The notes beneath the pieces were generated by a model. The model did not search any database and had not been told where the DNA came from. It saw only the letters and a program-made list of their open reading frames with translations. The translations under genes were made by a program, and so were the position numbers. 64,000 nucleotides of DNA. Source: Gammaproteobacteria bacterium. GTDB taxonomy: Bacteria > Pseudomonadota > Gammaproteobacteria > Ga0077536. The number at the start of each line of letters is the position of its first letter. The first letter of the stretch is position 1. The DNA lies in NCBI GenBank assembly GCA_035325705.1, contig DAOKZI010000008.1, positions 61,451 through 125,450 on the forward strand. The letters run 5' to 3'. Below, in pieces: positions 36,747 to 45,592 of the stretch.

Positions 36747-36777
36747 TTGATGGTGCCTCATCAGGAATTTTTATACT
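36747..36777 (+). promoter_or_regulatory. candidate promoter/operator in the LLM-LysR divergent region
   Basis: An AT-rich patch contains TTGATG (36747-36752), a 19-nt spacer and TATACT (36772-36777). The imperfect palindrome TGATG-N6-CATCA lies at 36748-36763. The 19-nt spacing is suboptimal. Confidence 0.3.
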
Positions 36778-36809
36778 GTCGTTCTCCGTTTCAAGCCCGG
36801 ACGCGCCCG

Positions 36810-37724
36810 ATGGCCTTCTCCCTGCGCCAGCTCCGCTACTTTCACGCCGCGGCGGAAACCGGCCAGATCAGCCGCGCCGCGATCGAGCTCAACATCACGC
36901 AGGCGGCCGTCACGACGGGCATCCGTCAGCTCGAGGCCTCACTGGGCGCTACCTTGCTCGTGCGCTCGTCCAGCGGCGTCGTGCTGACGGCGGCCGGGGA
37001 GCGATTCCTGCGCCACGTGTGCGACATCCTCGCGTCGGTCGAGCGGGCACAGCAGGTCGTCCCCGACGTCGAGGAAGCGGCCGGCGTGGTGCGCGTCGGC
37101 GTCACCTATACGATCGTCGGCTATTTCCTCGCGCCGCTGCTCGGGCGTTTTCGCCGCCTGTATCCCGGCATCACGCTGCAGCTCGACGAGGCGCGACGCC
37201 ACGAGGTCGAGCAGATTGCGGCAAAGGGCCGCTGCGACTTTGCCCTCGTGATGACGCAAGGCGAGCGCGTCGCGACGAGTCCGCGCTTGAAATCGCGCAT
37301 CCTCTATCGCTCGGCGCGCCGTCTGTGGCTGCCGGCAGGACATCCCCTGCTCGATGCCGCGCGCGTGAGCTTCGCCGACGTGAGTCGAGAGCCCTATATC
37401 GCGCTGACCGTCGACGATGCGTGGGCGAACGCGCAGGACTACTGGAAGAAGGCGCGACAGACGCCGCGCGTGGCCTTCGAGACGGCGTCGATCGAGGGGC
37501 TGCGGACAATGGTCGGCATGGGGCTGGGCGTGACCATCCTGTCCGATATGCTCTATCGTCCCTGGTCCATCGAGGGCCATCGCATCGAGACCCGCGATCT
37601 CGATGCACCGGTGCCGCTGCTGAACGTCAGCATGCTGGTGCCCGTGGATAGACCGCTCAGCACCGCCGCCCGCAGCCTGGTGGCTTTCCTGCAGCGCTCG
37701 AACAATCTCGTGCACGGCGGCTGA
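36810..37724 (+). CDS. LysR family transcriptional regulator
   Basis: I chose the ATG at 36810. The N-terminal HTH is MAFSLRQLRYFHAAAETGQISRAAIELNITQAAVTTGIRQLE. Confidence 0.9.
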   Translation: MAFSLRQLRYFHAAAETGQISRAAIELNITQAAVTTGIRQLEASLGATLLVRSSSGVVLTAAGERFLRHVCDILASVERAQQVVPDVEEAAGVVRVGVTYTIVGYFLAPLLGRFRRLYPGITLQLDEARRHEVEQIAAKGRCDFALVMTQGERVATSPRLKSRILYRSARRLWLPAGHPLLDAARVSFADVSREPYIALTVDDAWANAQDYWKKARQTPRVAFETASIEGLRTMVGMGLGVTILSDMLYRPWSIEGHRIETRDLDAPVPLLNVSMLVPVDRPLSTAARSLVAFLQRSNNLVHGG

Positions 37725-37851
37725 GGCGCCGCGCTCGGGCAATGACACGGCGCGATGCAAACATGCCGAGCCCGCGGCCGGAAGACAGTGAATGAAACCC
37801 GCTGAGGCGCACCGGCCGCGCGGGCCTTGAGAACGGCACGGTCGACTCCTG

Positions 37852-38259
37852 ATGCCTTACGCGCTATTGGCCGACGCGGTGCTGCTCCTCCATTTCGGCG
37901 TCGTGCTCTTCGTCGTGGGCGGTCTCGTCCTCGTCGTGCTCGGCAATCGCTGCGGCTGGCGCTGGGTCAACGGCTGGTGGTTCCGGCTGGCGCATCTCGC
38001 GGCCATCGCTTTCGTCGTTCTCCAGAGCTGGTTCGGGCAGATCTGTCCGCTGACGACGCTGGAGTCCCGGCTGCGCGTGCGCGCCGGCGCGCCCGCCTAT
38101 GACGCGAGCTTCATCGAGCACTGGGTTCAGCGCTTGCTCTACTACGAGGCGCCGAGCTGGGTATTCGCGGCGGCCTACACCGCGTTCGGCCTGTTGGTCG
38201 TCCTCGCGTGGCGGCGTTTCCCGCCGCGCCGCGCACGCGCGCGGCGTCGCGGCGATTGA
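37852..38259 (+). CDS. DUF2784 domain-containing membrane protein
   Basis: 135 aa containing the conserved CPLTTLE motif. Confidence 0.8.
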   Translation: MPYALLADAVLLLHFGVVLFVVGGLVLVVLGNRCGWRWVNGWWFRLAHLAAIAFVVLQSWFGQICPLTTLESRLRVRAGAPAYDASFIEHWVQRLLYYEAPSWVFAAAYTAFGLLVVLAWRRFPPRRARARRRGD

Positions 38260-38382
38260 GGTCGCGGCTCGACGCCGGAACGCAGCGCGATCTCGTGACC
38301 TCCAATGTAGTACCCCCGCGCTGCGGGCGGTGCCCGGCCCGCCGAGGTGCTGGGCCGGAATTTGCAACAGAGGAGTACTGTC

Positions 38383-38931
38383 ATGAATTTCAAGCACACG
38401 GCACGGATTCTCGTGCTGAGCGCCGCCGTCGCCGCCTTCGCGGCGCAGGCGCAAGGGCCCACGGATCCGCAGATCGCCGCAATCGTCGTCACCGCCAACC
38501 AGGTCGACATCGACGCCGGCAAGCTCGCCAAGTCGAAGGCGCACGCCAAGGAGGTGGCCGCCTTTGCCGAGCGCATGGTCGTCGATCACGAAGGGGTCAA
38601 CCAATCGGCGCGTGAGCTCGTGAGCCGACTGCAGGTCACGCCGGAGCCGAATGCCACGAGCGAGAGCCTGCAGCAAGGCGGCGACGAGAACCTGGCGAAG
38701 CTCGAGAAGCTCAGCGGCCAGGCTTTCGATCGCGCCTACGTCGAGCACGAAGTCGCCTATCATCAGGCGGTGCTCGACGCCGTCGACAAGACGCTGATCC
38801 CGAGCGCGCAGAACGCGGAGCTGAAGGCGCTGCTCGTCAAGGTCCGGCCGGCCTTCGTCGCGCATCTCGAGCACGCGCGGCAGTTGCAGGCGAGCCTCGA
38901 GCAGGTCGGCGGCCTCGAGCACGGGGAGTGA
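38383..38931 (+). CDS. DUF4142 domain-containing protein (secreted)
   Basis: The ATG lies 7 nt after AGGAG. A signal peptide is present. The ferritin-like repeats are DIDAGKLA...MVVDH and AYVEHEVAYHQ. Confidence 0.85.
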   Translation: MNFKHTARILVLSAAVAAFAAQAQGPTDPQIAAIVVTANQVDIDAGKLAKSKAHAKEVAAFAERMVVDHEGVNQSARELVSRLQVTPEPNATSESLQQGGDENLAKLEKLSGQAFDRAYVEHEVAYHQAVLDAVDKTLIPSAQNAELKALLVKVRPAFVAHLEHARQLQASLEQVGGLEHGE

Positions 38932-38938
38932 GTGCGCC

Positions 38939-39289
38939 ATGCCGGTGAATGCCTATGCGCGCACACACCGGGGCTTCGTCCTCGCCTGCGCGCTCGCGGC
39001 TCTCGCGGCAGCGGGGATGAGCGCGGCAGGCAACGGCGCGCAGGAATACACGATCGCAATCGAAGCGATGCGTTTCGTGCCCGCGACGCTGAGCGTGAAA
39101 CGCGGCGATCGCGTGACGTGGGTCAACAAGGACTTGGTGCCGCACACCGCCACGGCGTCGGCAAAGGCCTTCGATTCCGGCAGTATCGCGCCGGGCGGCT
39201 CTTGGACCTATGTTGCGACGGAAGCGGGCACGCAGGCCTACGTCTGTGCCTTCCACCCGACGATGAAAGGCGAGGTGAGCATCCGATGA
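38939..39289 (+). CDS. cupredoxin (amicyanin/plastocyanin-like type-1 copper protein)
   Basis: It has a signal peptide. The copper ligands are VPHTA and C-x2-H-x2-M (VCAFHPTM). Confidence 0.85.
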   Translation: MPVNAYARTHRGFVLACALAALAAAGMSAAGNGAQEYTIAIEAMRFVPATLSVKRGDRVTWVNKDLVPHTATASAKAFDSGSIAPGGSWTYVATEAGTQAYVCAFHPTMKGEVSIR

Positions 39290-39990
39290 ATCGTTCCTTG
39301 GCAGCGGAGCCCGCAGCGTCGACGGTCGACGATGCCGCGCTGGTCGAACGCCTGGTCGCGGGCGATCGCGCGGCCTTCGAGCTCCTGATGCGGCGCTACA
39401 ATCGGCGCCTCTATCGCATGGCGCGCGCCGTGCTGCGCGATCCCACGGAAGCGGAGGATGCGTTGCAGGACACCTACCTGCGCGTCTGGCGCGCCATCGG
39501 CCAGTTTCGCGGCGAGGCGGCGCTGTCGACCTGGATCGCGCGCCTGCTGCTCAACGAGTGCTCGAGCCGTCTGCGCCGCAGTGCCCGTCGCCAGAACGTG
39601 ATTCCGATGGTAAGCGCCATCCCCGAAGCGGAGATCGACGCCGTGGCCGACACCCATGCCGAACTCCCCGAGCAGACCCTCGCGAGGCTGGAGGCCCGCG
39701 CGCTGATCGAACGCAAGCTCGAGGAGCTGCCCGAGCGCTTCCGGCTCGTGTTTCTGCTGCGCTCGGTCGAGGAGCTCGACGTCGATACCGTCGCCGAGCT
39801 GCTCGACATTCCCGCCGCCACCGTGCGCAGCCGGCATTTTCGCGCCAAGGCAATGTTGCGCGAGCTGCTGGCGCGCACGCTCGACATCGCGGAGCGCGAA
39901 GTGTTCGAGTTCGGCGGCGAGCACTGCGATCGGCTGGTGGCGCGGGTCATGGTGCGTTTGGAGGCCGGCGAGGCGATGCGCGACCTCTGA
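39286..39990 (+). CDS. ECF-type RNA polymerase sigma-70 family factor with about 37-aa C-terminal extension
   Basis: The ATG overlaps the cupredoxin TGA as ATGA. Region 2 reads DALQDTYLRVW and region 4 reads ELPERFRLVFLLRSVEELDVDTVAELLDIPAATVRSRHFRA. The tail is EREVFEFGGEHCDRLVARVMVRLEAGEAMRDL. Confidence 0.9.
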   Translation: MNRSLAAEPAASTVDDAALVERLVAGDRAAFELLMRRYNRRLYRMARAVLRDPTEAEDALQDTYLRVWRAIGQFRGEAALSTWIARLLLNECSSRLRRSARRQNVIPMVSAIPEAEIDAVADTHAELPEQTLARLEARALIERKLEELPERFRLVFLLRSVEELDVDTVAELLDIPAATVRSRHFRAKAMLRELLARTLDIAEREVFEFGGEHCDRLVARVMVRLEAGEAMRDL

Positions 39991-40114
39991 TCTGCTCGGC
40001 GCGCGGCGCAGGCCGAGCCGTCCGCCGCGCGCGTCTGCCATGCGGCCGCGCTACTTCGTTTTTGCCGCCGGTGCCGGGCATACTCGGAGCGGGCGCTTTT
40101 TGCCCCAGCCTGCG

Positions 40115-41140
40115 ATGAAACGAGGCGCACCGATGTCGCTCGCCCCGCTGCTGCGGTTGATGAAAAAGGGTCAGCTCCTGCCCGCGCTGCGCGCCAGTGC
40201 GCGCTACGAGCCCTACTACGCGCTGTGCTATCTGGCGGGCGCCAAGAACGCCGGTCTGCTCGAGAGGCTCGCGAACGAGCCGGCGAGCATGGACGAGCTG
40301 GCCGATGCGCATTGCCGCGACGTCGAAGCCCGCGAAGCCTTGGAAGCGTGGTTGCAACTGGGCGTCCGTCTCGGACTCCTCCGTCATCGAGGCGAGCGCT
40401 ATTCCTTGCGCGGGCTGGCGCTCGCGCTGTCCCGGCCCGAGAACGACGCGACGCTGGCGCTCGTGCAGGAAGTGGTCACGCTGCACCACAAGCTCATCGT
40501 CGATACGCCGGTGCGGCTGCGCGAAGGGAGGCCGTGGCAGCTCGAAGATCAAGATGGCGCGTTGACGGCGCGCTCCTCGCGCGCCCTCGAAGCATTCCAG
40601 ATCGAAGCCATCGACAAGAGCTTTCCGGCTGCCGGGCCGGTGCGCCTGCTCGAAGTAGGTTGCGGATCGGCGTTCTACCTGCACTACGCGGCGATGAAGA
40701 ATCCTGCGCTGCAGGCCGTCGGCGTGGAGCTGCAGCGCGAGGTCGCGGCGATTGCGCGCGCCAACGTCGAACGCTGGGGCCTGGGCGATCGCGTCGCGAT
40801 AGAAGCGGGCGACATCCGCGACAAGGCGGCGACGCCGACCTTCGACATCGTGACGCTCTACAACGACATCTACTACTTTCCCGTCGCAGAGCGCGTGCCG
40901 CTGCTGGCGAGGCTGAAGGAATTCCTCGCGCCCGGCGGCTTTCTGCTGCTGACCACGTGCTGCCAGGGCGGCAATCTCGGCATGGAGGTGCTCAATCTGT
41001 GGGGAGCGGCGACGGCCTCCGCGGGGCGACTGCCGAGCGTCGGCGAAATGCAGGCGCAGTTGGCAGCGGCGGGCTATGCAGGGGTGGACACCATGCGCCT
41101 GATTCCGGGCGATGCGTTCTACGCATTTCGGGCGCGCTGA
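40115..41140 (+). CDS. class I SAM-dependent methyltransferase (O-methyltransferase-like, with N-terminal dimerisation/wHTH-like domain)
   Basis: Motif I is LLEVGCGSA. The start is ATG 40115 or 40133. Confidence 0.8.
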   Translation: MKRGAPMSLAPLLRLMKKGQLLPALRASARYEPYYALCYLAGAKNAGLLERLANEPASMDELADAHCRDVEAREALEAWLQLGVRLGLLRHRGERYSLRGLALALSRPENDATLALVQEVVTLHHKLIVDTPVRLREGRPWQLEDQDGALTARSSRALEAFQIEAIDKSFPAAGPVRLLEVGCGSAFYLHYAAMKNPALQAVGVELQREVAAIARANVERWGLGDRVAIEAGDIRDKAATPTFDIVTLYNDIYYFPVAERVPLLARLKEFLAPGGFLLLTTCCQGGNLGMEVLNLWGAATASAGRLPSVGEMQAQLAAAGYAGVDTMRLIPGDAFYAFRAR

Positions 41141-41246
41141 ACGGCGGGATCCGCAGGGGCCGGCGTCTTTCACGCCGGGTCGGTGCCTCGCGCGTGAGCA
41201 CGCGGCGATTGTCGTGCGGAAGTCGGGTCGCTTCGTCGCCGCGTGC

Positions 41247-41439
41247 GATCCCGGATTCGCTGCGCGCATCCGGGCTACGAAGAGAATGTCCTAGCCCGCA
41301 AGCAGCGCAGCGGAATGCGGGTTTCGGCCATGCGCCTGTGCCGCATTTCCCGGATTCCGCGCCGCTGCGCGGCGCTCCTTCCGGGCTACGTAAAGGGCGC
41401 CTCTCTCGTAGCCCAGATGAGCGCAGCGAATCCGGGATC
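41247..41439. repeat. 193-bp REP mosaic with order B-inverted, G, C-inverted, B
   Basis: The units are at 41247-41278, 41291-41322, 41348-41389 and 41408-41439. The order and spacing match 21785-21976. Confidence 0.85.
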
Positions 41440-41484
41440 GGGCCTGCACGAGCCGCCGACACGCCCACGATCGCATCGCCATGA

Positions 41485-41542
41485 TTTTGTCCTAATACAA
41501 AACAAAACGCTTTTTGACAAAAACAGTGTCACGACGGATATT
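41485..41542 (+). promoter_or_regulatory. sigma-70-like promoter with overlapping inverted repeat (candidate IclR operator)
   Basis: This is the only strongly AT-rich patch here. It contains TTGACA (41514-41519), a 17-nt spacer and GATATT (41537-41542), 32 nt before the ligase ATG. The inverted repeat is TTTTGTC (41485-41491) / GACAAAA (41516-41522). Confidence 0.45.
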
Positions 41543-41573
41543 GCCCGGCATCCACAAGCGGTGATCGGCCGAA

Positions 41574-43139
41574 ATGAGCGCCATGGTCAAGCTCACGGAA
41601 CTGAGCTCCTATGCCGACGCACAGCGTCACTACAGCCCCGAGAAGCTGTGGGAGCTGTTCGACGGCAATAGCGATAGATTCAACATTGCGCATGAATGCG
41701 TGGATCGCTTTGCCCGCTGCGGGCGCGACGCCGCGATCGTCGCGCATGCAGACGGATCCGACGAACGCATCTCCTTTGCCGATCTTGCGGCCGACTCTTC
41801 GCGGTTCGCCCACTGGCTCGCCACGGCAGGCGTCAAGGCCGGAGACCGCGTCGCCCTCATGCTGGAGCCCTCGCTGGCTTTCTACGTGTCGCTCTTCGGC
41901 ACGCTCAAGACCGGTGCCATCGCCGTCCCGCTGTTCACGCTGTTCGGGCCGGAGGGCGTGCGACTGCGCATCGCGGACTGCAATCCGACGGTGATGGTGA
42001 CCAATGCCGAGAAAGCCGCCGAGATCGGCCGCGTCGAAGGCCTCGAGATCGCCGTCTTCGACGACGACTTCCTGAGCGGACTGAAGGCGTTCAACACCGA
42101 CTTCGAGACCGAGACATCGGCCGGCGACATGGCCGTGTTTCAATACACCTCCGGCACGACGCGAGAGCTGCCGGAAGCGGTCCGCCATACTCACCGCGCG
42201 CTGGTCACGCTGATGCTGGCGGGTCTCTACGGAACGGGTCTACGCCCCGGAGATCGGTTCTTCTGCCCATCGTCCCCCGCGTGGGGACACGGTCTTTGGC
42301 ACGGGACGTTCGCGCCCCTGGCGCTGGGGATAGGCGTCGGGGCTTACGGCGGAAAATTCGATCCCGAGCGCTTGCTGCGGGCCTTGGCCGAACACCGCAT
42401 CACCAACCTATCCGCGGCCGCGACGCATTACAGGATGATGCGGAACAGCGGCGCCGCGGGTCGCTATCGGTACTGCATCGAGAAGCTGTCGTTCACCGGC
42501 GAGCCGATCGACAGCGAGACCGCGGAATGGGCGGAGAAAACCTTCGGTCGGCCGGTATGCAGCATGTACGGGACGACCGAGATCGGCGTGATCCTGGTGA
42601 ACTATCCCGGCGCGCCGGACTTCAGAGTCAAGCCCGGCTCGCTGGGACGGCCGATACCCGGTTTGAAGATAGAGGTGCAGGACCCGCTCGGAATGCCGGC
42701 CGCGCCGGGCGTCACCGGCGAGCTCAAGCTGTGGCGCCGCGGCGCGTGGATAGCGACGAAGGATCTGGCGCGCGTCGACGAGGACGGCTACTTCTGGCAC
42801 GGCGGCCGCGCGGACGACGTGATCATCTCGGCCGGCTGGACCATCGGCGCGGTCGAAGTCGAAGACGCCATCATGAAGCACAAGGACGTCTCCTCGGTCG
42901 CCGTGATCGGCGTGCCCGACCGCGTCCGCGGCCAGATCGTGAAGGCGTTCGTCGTGAGCAAACGTCCCGGCGACGCTGCCTTCGAGGACGAGATCAAGCA
43001 TCTCGTCCGCACCCGGCTCAGTCAGCACGAGTATCCGCGGATCGTCGCTTTCGTCGACGATCTGCCGCGGAATCCGGCGGGCAAAATCAATCGCAAGGCG
43101 CTGCGAGAGCAGGAAGCGGCCGCAGCGAAGCAAGCATAG
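41574..43139 (+). CDS. AMP-dependent acyl-CoA synthetase/ligase
   Basis: 521 aa. The AMP-binding motifs are FQYTSGTTRELPEA, YGTTE and the C-terminal PRNPAGKINRKALR. Confidence 0.9.
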   Translation: MSAMVKLTELSSYADAQRHYSPEKLWELFDGNSDRFNIAHECVDRFARCGRDAAIVAHADGSDERISFADLAADSSRFAHWLATAGVKAGDRVALMLEPSLAFYVSLFGTLKTGAIAVPLFTLFGPEGVRLRIADCNPTVMVTNAEKAAEIGRVEGLEIAVFDDDFLSGLKAFNTDFETETSAGDMAVFQYTSGTTRELPEAVRHTHRALVTLMLAGLYGTGLRPGDRFFCPSSPAWGHGLWHGTFAPLALGIGVGAYGGKFDPERLLRALAEHRITNLSAAATHYRMMRNSGAAGRYRYCIEKLSFTGEPIDSETAEWAEKTFGRPVCSMYGTTEIGVILVNYPGAPDFRVKPGSLGRPIPGLKIEVQDPLGMPAAPGVTGELKLWRRGAWIATKDLARVDEDGYFWHGGRADDVIISAGWTIGAVEVEDAIMKHKDVSSVAVIGVPDRVRGQIVKAFVVSKRPGDAAFEDEIKHLVRTRLSQHEYPRIVAFVDDLPRNPAGKINRKALREQEAAAAKQA

Positions 43140-43159
43140 TGCTGAAGGAGCGTTACGAA

Positions 43160-44296
43160 ATGACGAGAATCGAGCGCAGCTTTCCGAAGATCACGGACAG
43201 CGCACTGGATGACTTGAGGCGCCGCATCGGCGTGAAGATCACGAACACGGTGGAGCCCTGGTGCCATGAGGCCACGCGCGACAACATCCGTCACTACGCG
43301 CACGGCATCGGCGACGACAACCCGCTCTGGTGCGAGCCCGAATACGCGAGAAAAACGAAGTATGGCGACGTCATCGCCCTGCCCAGTTTCCTGTTCACGA
43401 CGAGCCGCATCGTCTCCGGCTACGTCGGCGGACTGTCGGGTGTGCACGCAATGTGGTCCGGCGCCGACTGGACCTGGCACAAGCCCGTGGTCCGCAACGA
43501 CGCCATCAGCACCGAGGCGGTGCTCAAGGATCTCGTTTCGCATCAAACGGCGTTCGCCGGGCGGGCGATCCAGCAGATCTACGCGGTCAAGTTTTACAAC
43601 CAGCACGGCGATCTCGTCGCCGAGGCCGATAGCTGGTGCTTCCGCACCGAGCGCGATCACGCGCGGGAAGCCGGGACCAAGTATCGGGATCTGCGTGCGC
43701 GCGAGCAGCGGGTCTATACGGATGAAGAGCTCGAAGCGGCGTTCGAGCTTTATCACCGGGAAGAAATACGCGGCGCCGTGCCGCGCTACTGGGAAGACGT
43801 CGAAGAAGGCGAGGAGCTTCCCGTCCTGTTCAAGGGCCCGATGACCGTGACCGGCTTCATCGCTTACGCGCAAGGCTGGGGCGGGCTCTACATTCGAGCC
43901 AACAAGCTGGCCTGGAAGTTGATGCGCGAGCACCCGGGTGTCGGCATCAAGAACCGCTTCGGCATCCCCGACTGCCCGGAGCGAGTGCACTGGGAAGAAG
44001 CGTTTGCATTGGAAGTGGGCGCCCCGGGCGCATACGACTACGGCCCGGAGCGCTGCTCCTGGCTGACGCATCAGCTCACGAACTGGATGGGCGACGACGG
44101 TTTTCTGCACAAGGCCCACTGCAAGATTCGCCGCCACAATCCCGAGGGCGACATGCTGTTCATCAAGGGCAAGGTCAAGCGCAAGTTCGTGGAGAACGGC
44201 CAGCATTACGTCGAGATAGATCAGGTCGCGCACAACCAGGACGAGGCGCTCTCGGTCGTGGGAGGCGGGATCGTACGCCTGCCGCTGCGCGGGTGA
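43160..44296 (+). CDS. MaoC/FAS1-like acyl dehydratase (double hot-dog)
   Basis: The ATG follows AAGGAG. This is the in-frame tail of track ORF 41696..44296, whose first 488 codons are shadow of the ligase. IRHYAHGIGDDNPLW is typical of the MaoC N-terminal dehydratase domain. Confidence 0.85.
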   Translation: MTRIERSFPKITDSALDDLRRRIGVKITNTVEPWCHEATRDNIRHYAHGIGDDNPLWCEPEYARKTKYGDVIALPSFLFTTSRIVSGYVGGLSGVHAMWSGADWTWHKPVVRNDAISTEAVLKDLVSHQTAFAGRAIQQIYAVKFYNQHGDLVAEADSWCFRTERDHAREAGTKYRDLRAREQRVYTDEELEAAFELYHREEIRGAVPRYWEDVEEGEELPVLFKGPMTVTGFIAYAQGWGGLYIRANKLAWKLMREHPGVGIKNRFGIPDCPERVHWEEAFALEVGAPGAYDYGPERCSWLTHQLTNWMGDDGFLHKAHCKIRRHNPEGDMLFIKGKVKRKFVENGQHYVEIDQVAHNQDEALSVVGGGIVRLPLRG

Positions 44297-44302
44297 GGGC
44301 GC

Positions 44303-45181
44303 GTGGGGTCTCGCGCCTCGTCCAAGTCGGTGCGCTCTCCCCGGCGCGAGGCCGACGCAGCGCGGGCGATCGACACGGATCCCGCGTCGAAAAAGTCGGC
44401 GCCTAAACGAGCCAAACGCAAGGAGCCGAGGATACGGCCCGTGCCCGCGGTGTCGCGCGCCCTGGCCATCCTGCGCTTGCTGGACAGGGCTGCCGCGCCG
44501 ATGGGCGTGAAGGCGATCGCCGAGGAGCTCGGTCTCGTCTCCAGCACCTGCTTGCACATTCTCCGCGTCCTGGTGGCCGAGGAGCTGGTCAGCGTGGATC
44601 CCGACAGCAAGCGCTACGAGCTCGGCGTCGGCATGCTGGCACTCACCAGAAATCTGATGAGCAAGGCAAGTTTCGCGTCCCTGGCGCAGCCGGCCCTCGC
44701 CCGCATTTCCAAGAAGCACGGCGTGACGGCGCTGTCCGTCGATATTCGCGGACCGAAGAATATGACCGTGGTCGGCCTGGCGCGGGCGCCGACGCCTTTC
44801 AGCCTGCACGTGGAGGTGGGGAGTCGATTCCCGTCGATGACCAGCGCGACGGGCCGCTGCATCGCCGCCTTCGGTGAATTCTCGACTGCGGCGCTGAAGG
44901 ACAGGTTCCGGAGCGCTCGATGGCACAGAGCGCCGAGCTTCAAACAGTGGCTCGAGGAAGTCGAAGAAGTCCGCCGGTCGGGCGTGGCAATGGATCGAGG
45001 AAATTACATCGCCGGGATCACCGTGCTCGCCGTGCCCGTGTTCGGAGCGGCCGCTGCCCTCATGTATACGCTCGTGTGCATCGGCGTTTCCGATCAGATG
45101 GACGGCGAGCGCACGGCGCAAATCGTCCGCGACATGAAGCAGGAGGCCGAGTCCATCTCTCAATTACTCGTGCGCGGCTAG
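44303..45181 (+). CDS. IclR family transcriptional regulator
   Basis: GTG start followed by a basic N-terminal tail. The wHTH reads SRALAILRLLDRAAAPMGVKAIAEELGLVSSTCLHILRVL. A C-terminal IclR effector domain is present. Confidence 0.9.
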   Translation: MGSRASSKSVRSPRREADAARAIDTDPASKKSAPKRAKRKEPRIRPVPAVSRALAILRLLDRAAAPMGVKAIAEELGLVSSTCLHILRVLVAEELVSVDPDSKRYELGVGMLALTRNLMSKASFASLAQPALARISKKHGVTALSVDIRGPKNMTVVGLARAPTPFSLHVEVGSRFPSMTSATGRCIAAFGEFSTAALKDRFRSARWHRAPSFKQWLEEVEEVRRSGVAMDRGNYIAGITVLAVPVFGAAAALMYTLVCIGVSDQMDGERTAQIVRDMKQEAESISQLLVRG

Positions 45182-45240
45182 CGGCGGCTGCGCTTCGCTG
45201 CCGACGTCGAGAGGCTCAATTTAGCTGCGTGAAAGGGGAA

Positions 45241-45576
45241 GATCCCGGATTCGCTGCGCTCACCCGGGCTACGAAAAGCGGGCGCCTCGTTCAGGCCTGT
45301 CGTAGCCCGGGTGCAGCGGAGCGGAACCCGGGATCTTCGAGCCGCCACACCGCACCGAAGATCCCGGGTTACGCGCTGCGCGCTACACCCGGGCTACGAA
45401 AGGCTACGAAAAGCGGGCGCCTCGTTCAGGCCTGTCGTAGCCCGGGTGCAGCGGAGCGGAACCCGGGATCTTCGAGCCGCTACACCGCGCCGAAGATCCC
45501 GGGTTACGCGCTGCGCATTACACCCGGGCTACGAAGAGGATTTCGTAGCCCGCAGGGAGCGACGGCATGCGGGCTC
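45241..45576. repeat. REP array containing a 135-bp tandem duplication
   Basis: A B/A hybrid unit is at 45241-45272. Unit 1 (45269-45403) and unit 2 (45404-45538) each hold a forward REP-A (45302, 45437) and an inverted REP-A (45360, 45495). A G-like unit follows at 45545-45576. Confidence 0.85.
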
Positions 45577-45592
45577 GGCCGCGACGATCGCG

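Noticed and set aside
41696-43159. N-terminal 488 codons of track ORF 41696..44296
   Set aside because: It is out of frame and overlaps the acyl-CoA ligase, and it is Arg-rich nonsense. The real gene starts at ATG 43160 behind AAGGAG.
43022-45163. 713-aa minus-strand ORF
   Set aside because: It lies antisense to the MaoC dehydratase and IclR genes and has no domain signature. The plus-strand genes have RBSs and motifs.
45241-45576. A possible CRISPR array, here and at other REP clusters
   Set aside because: The repeats alternate in orientation and are themselves palindromic with GTAG heads. Spacing is irregular, one case is a plain tandem duplication, and no cas genes are present.
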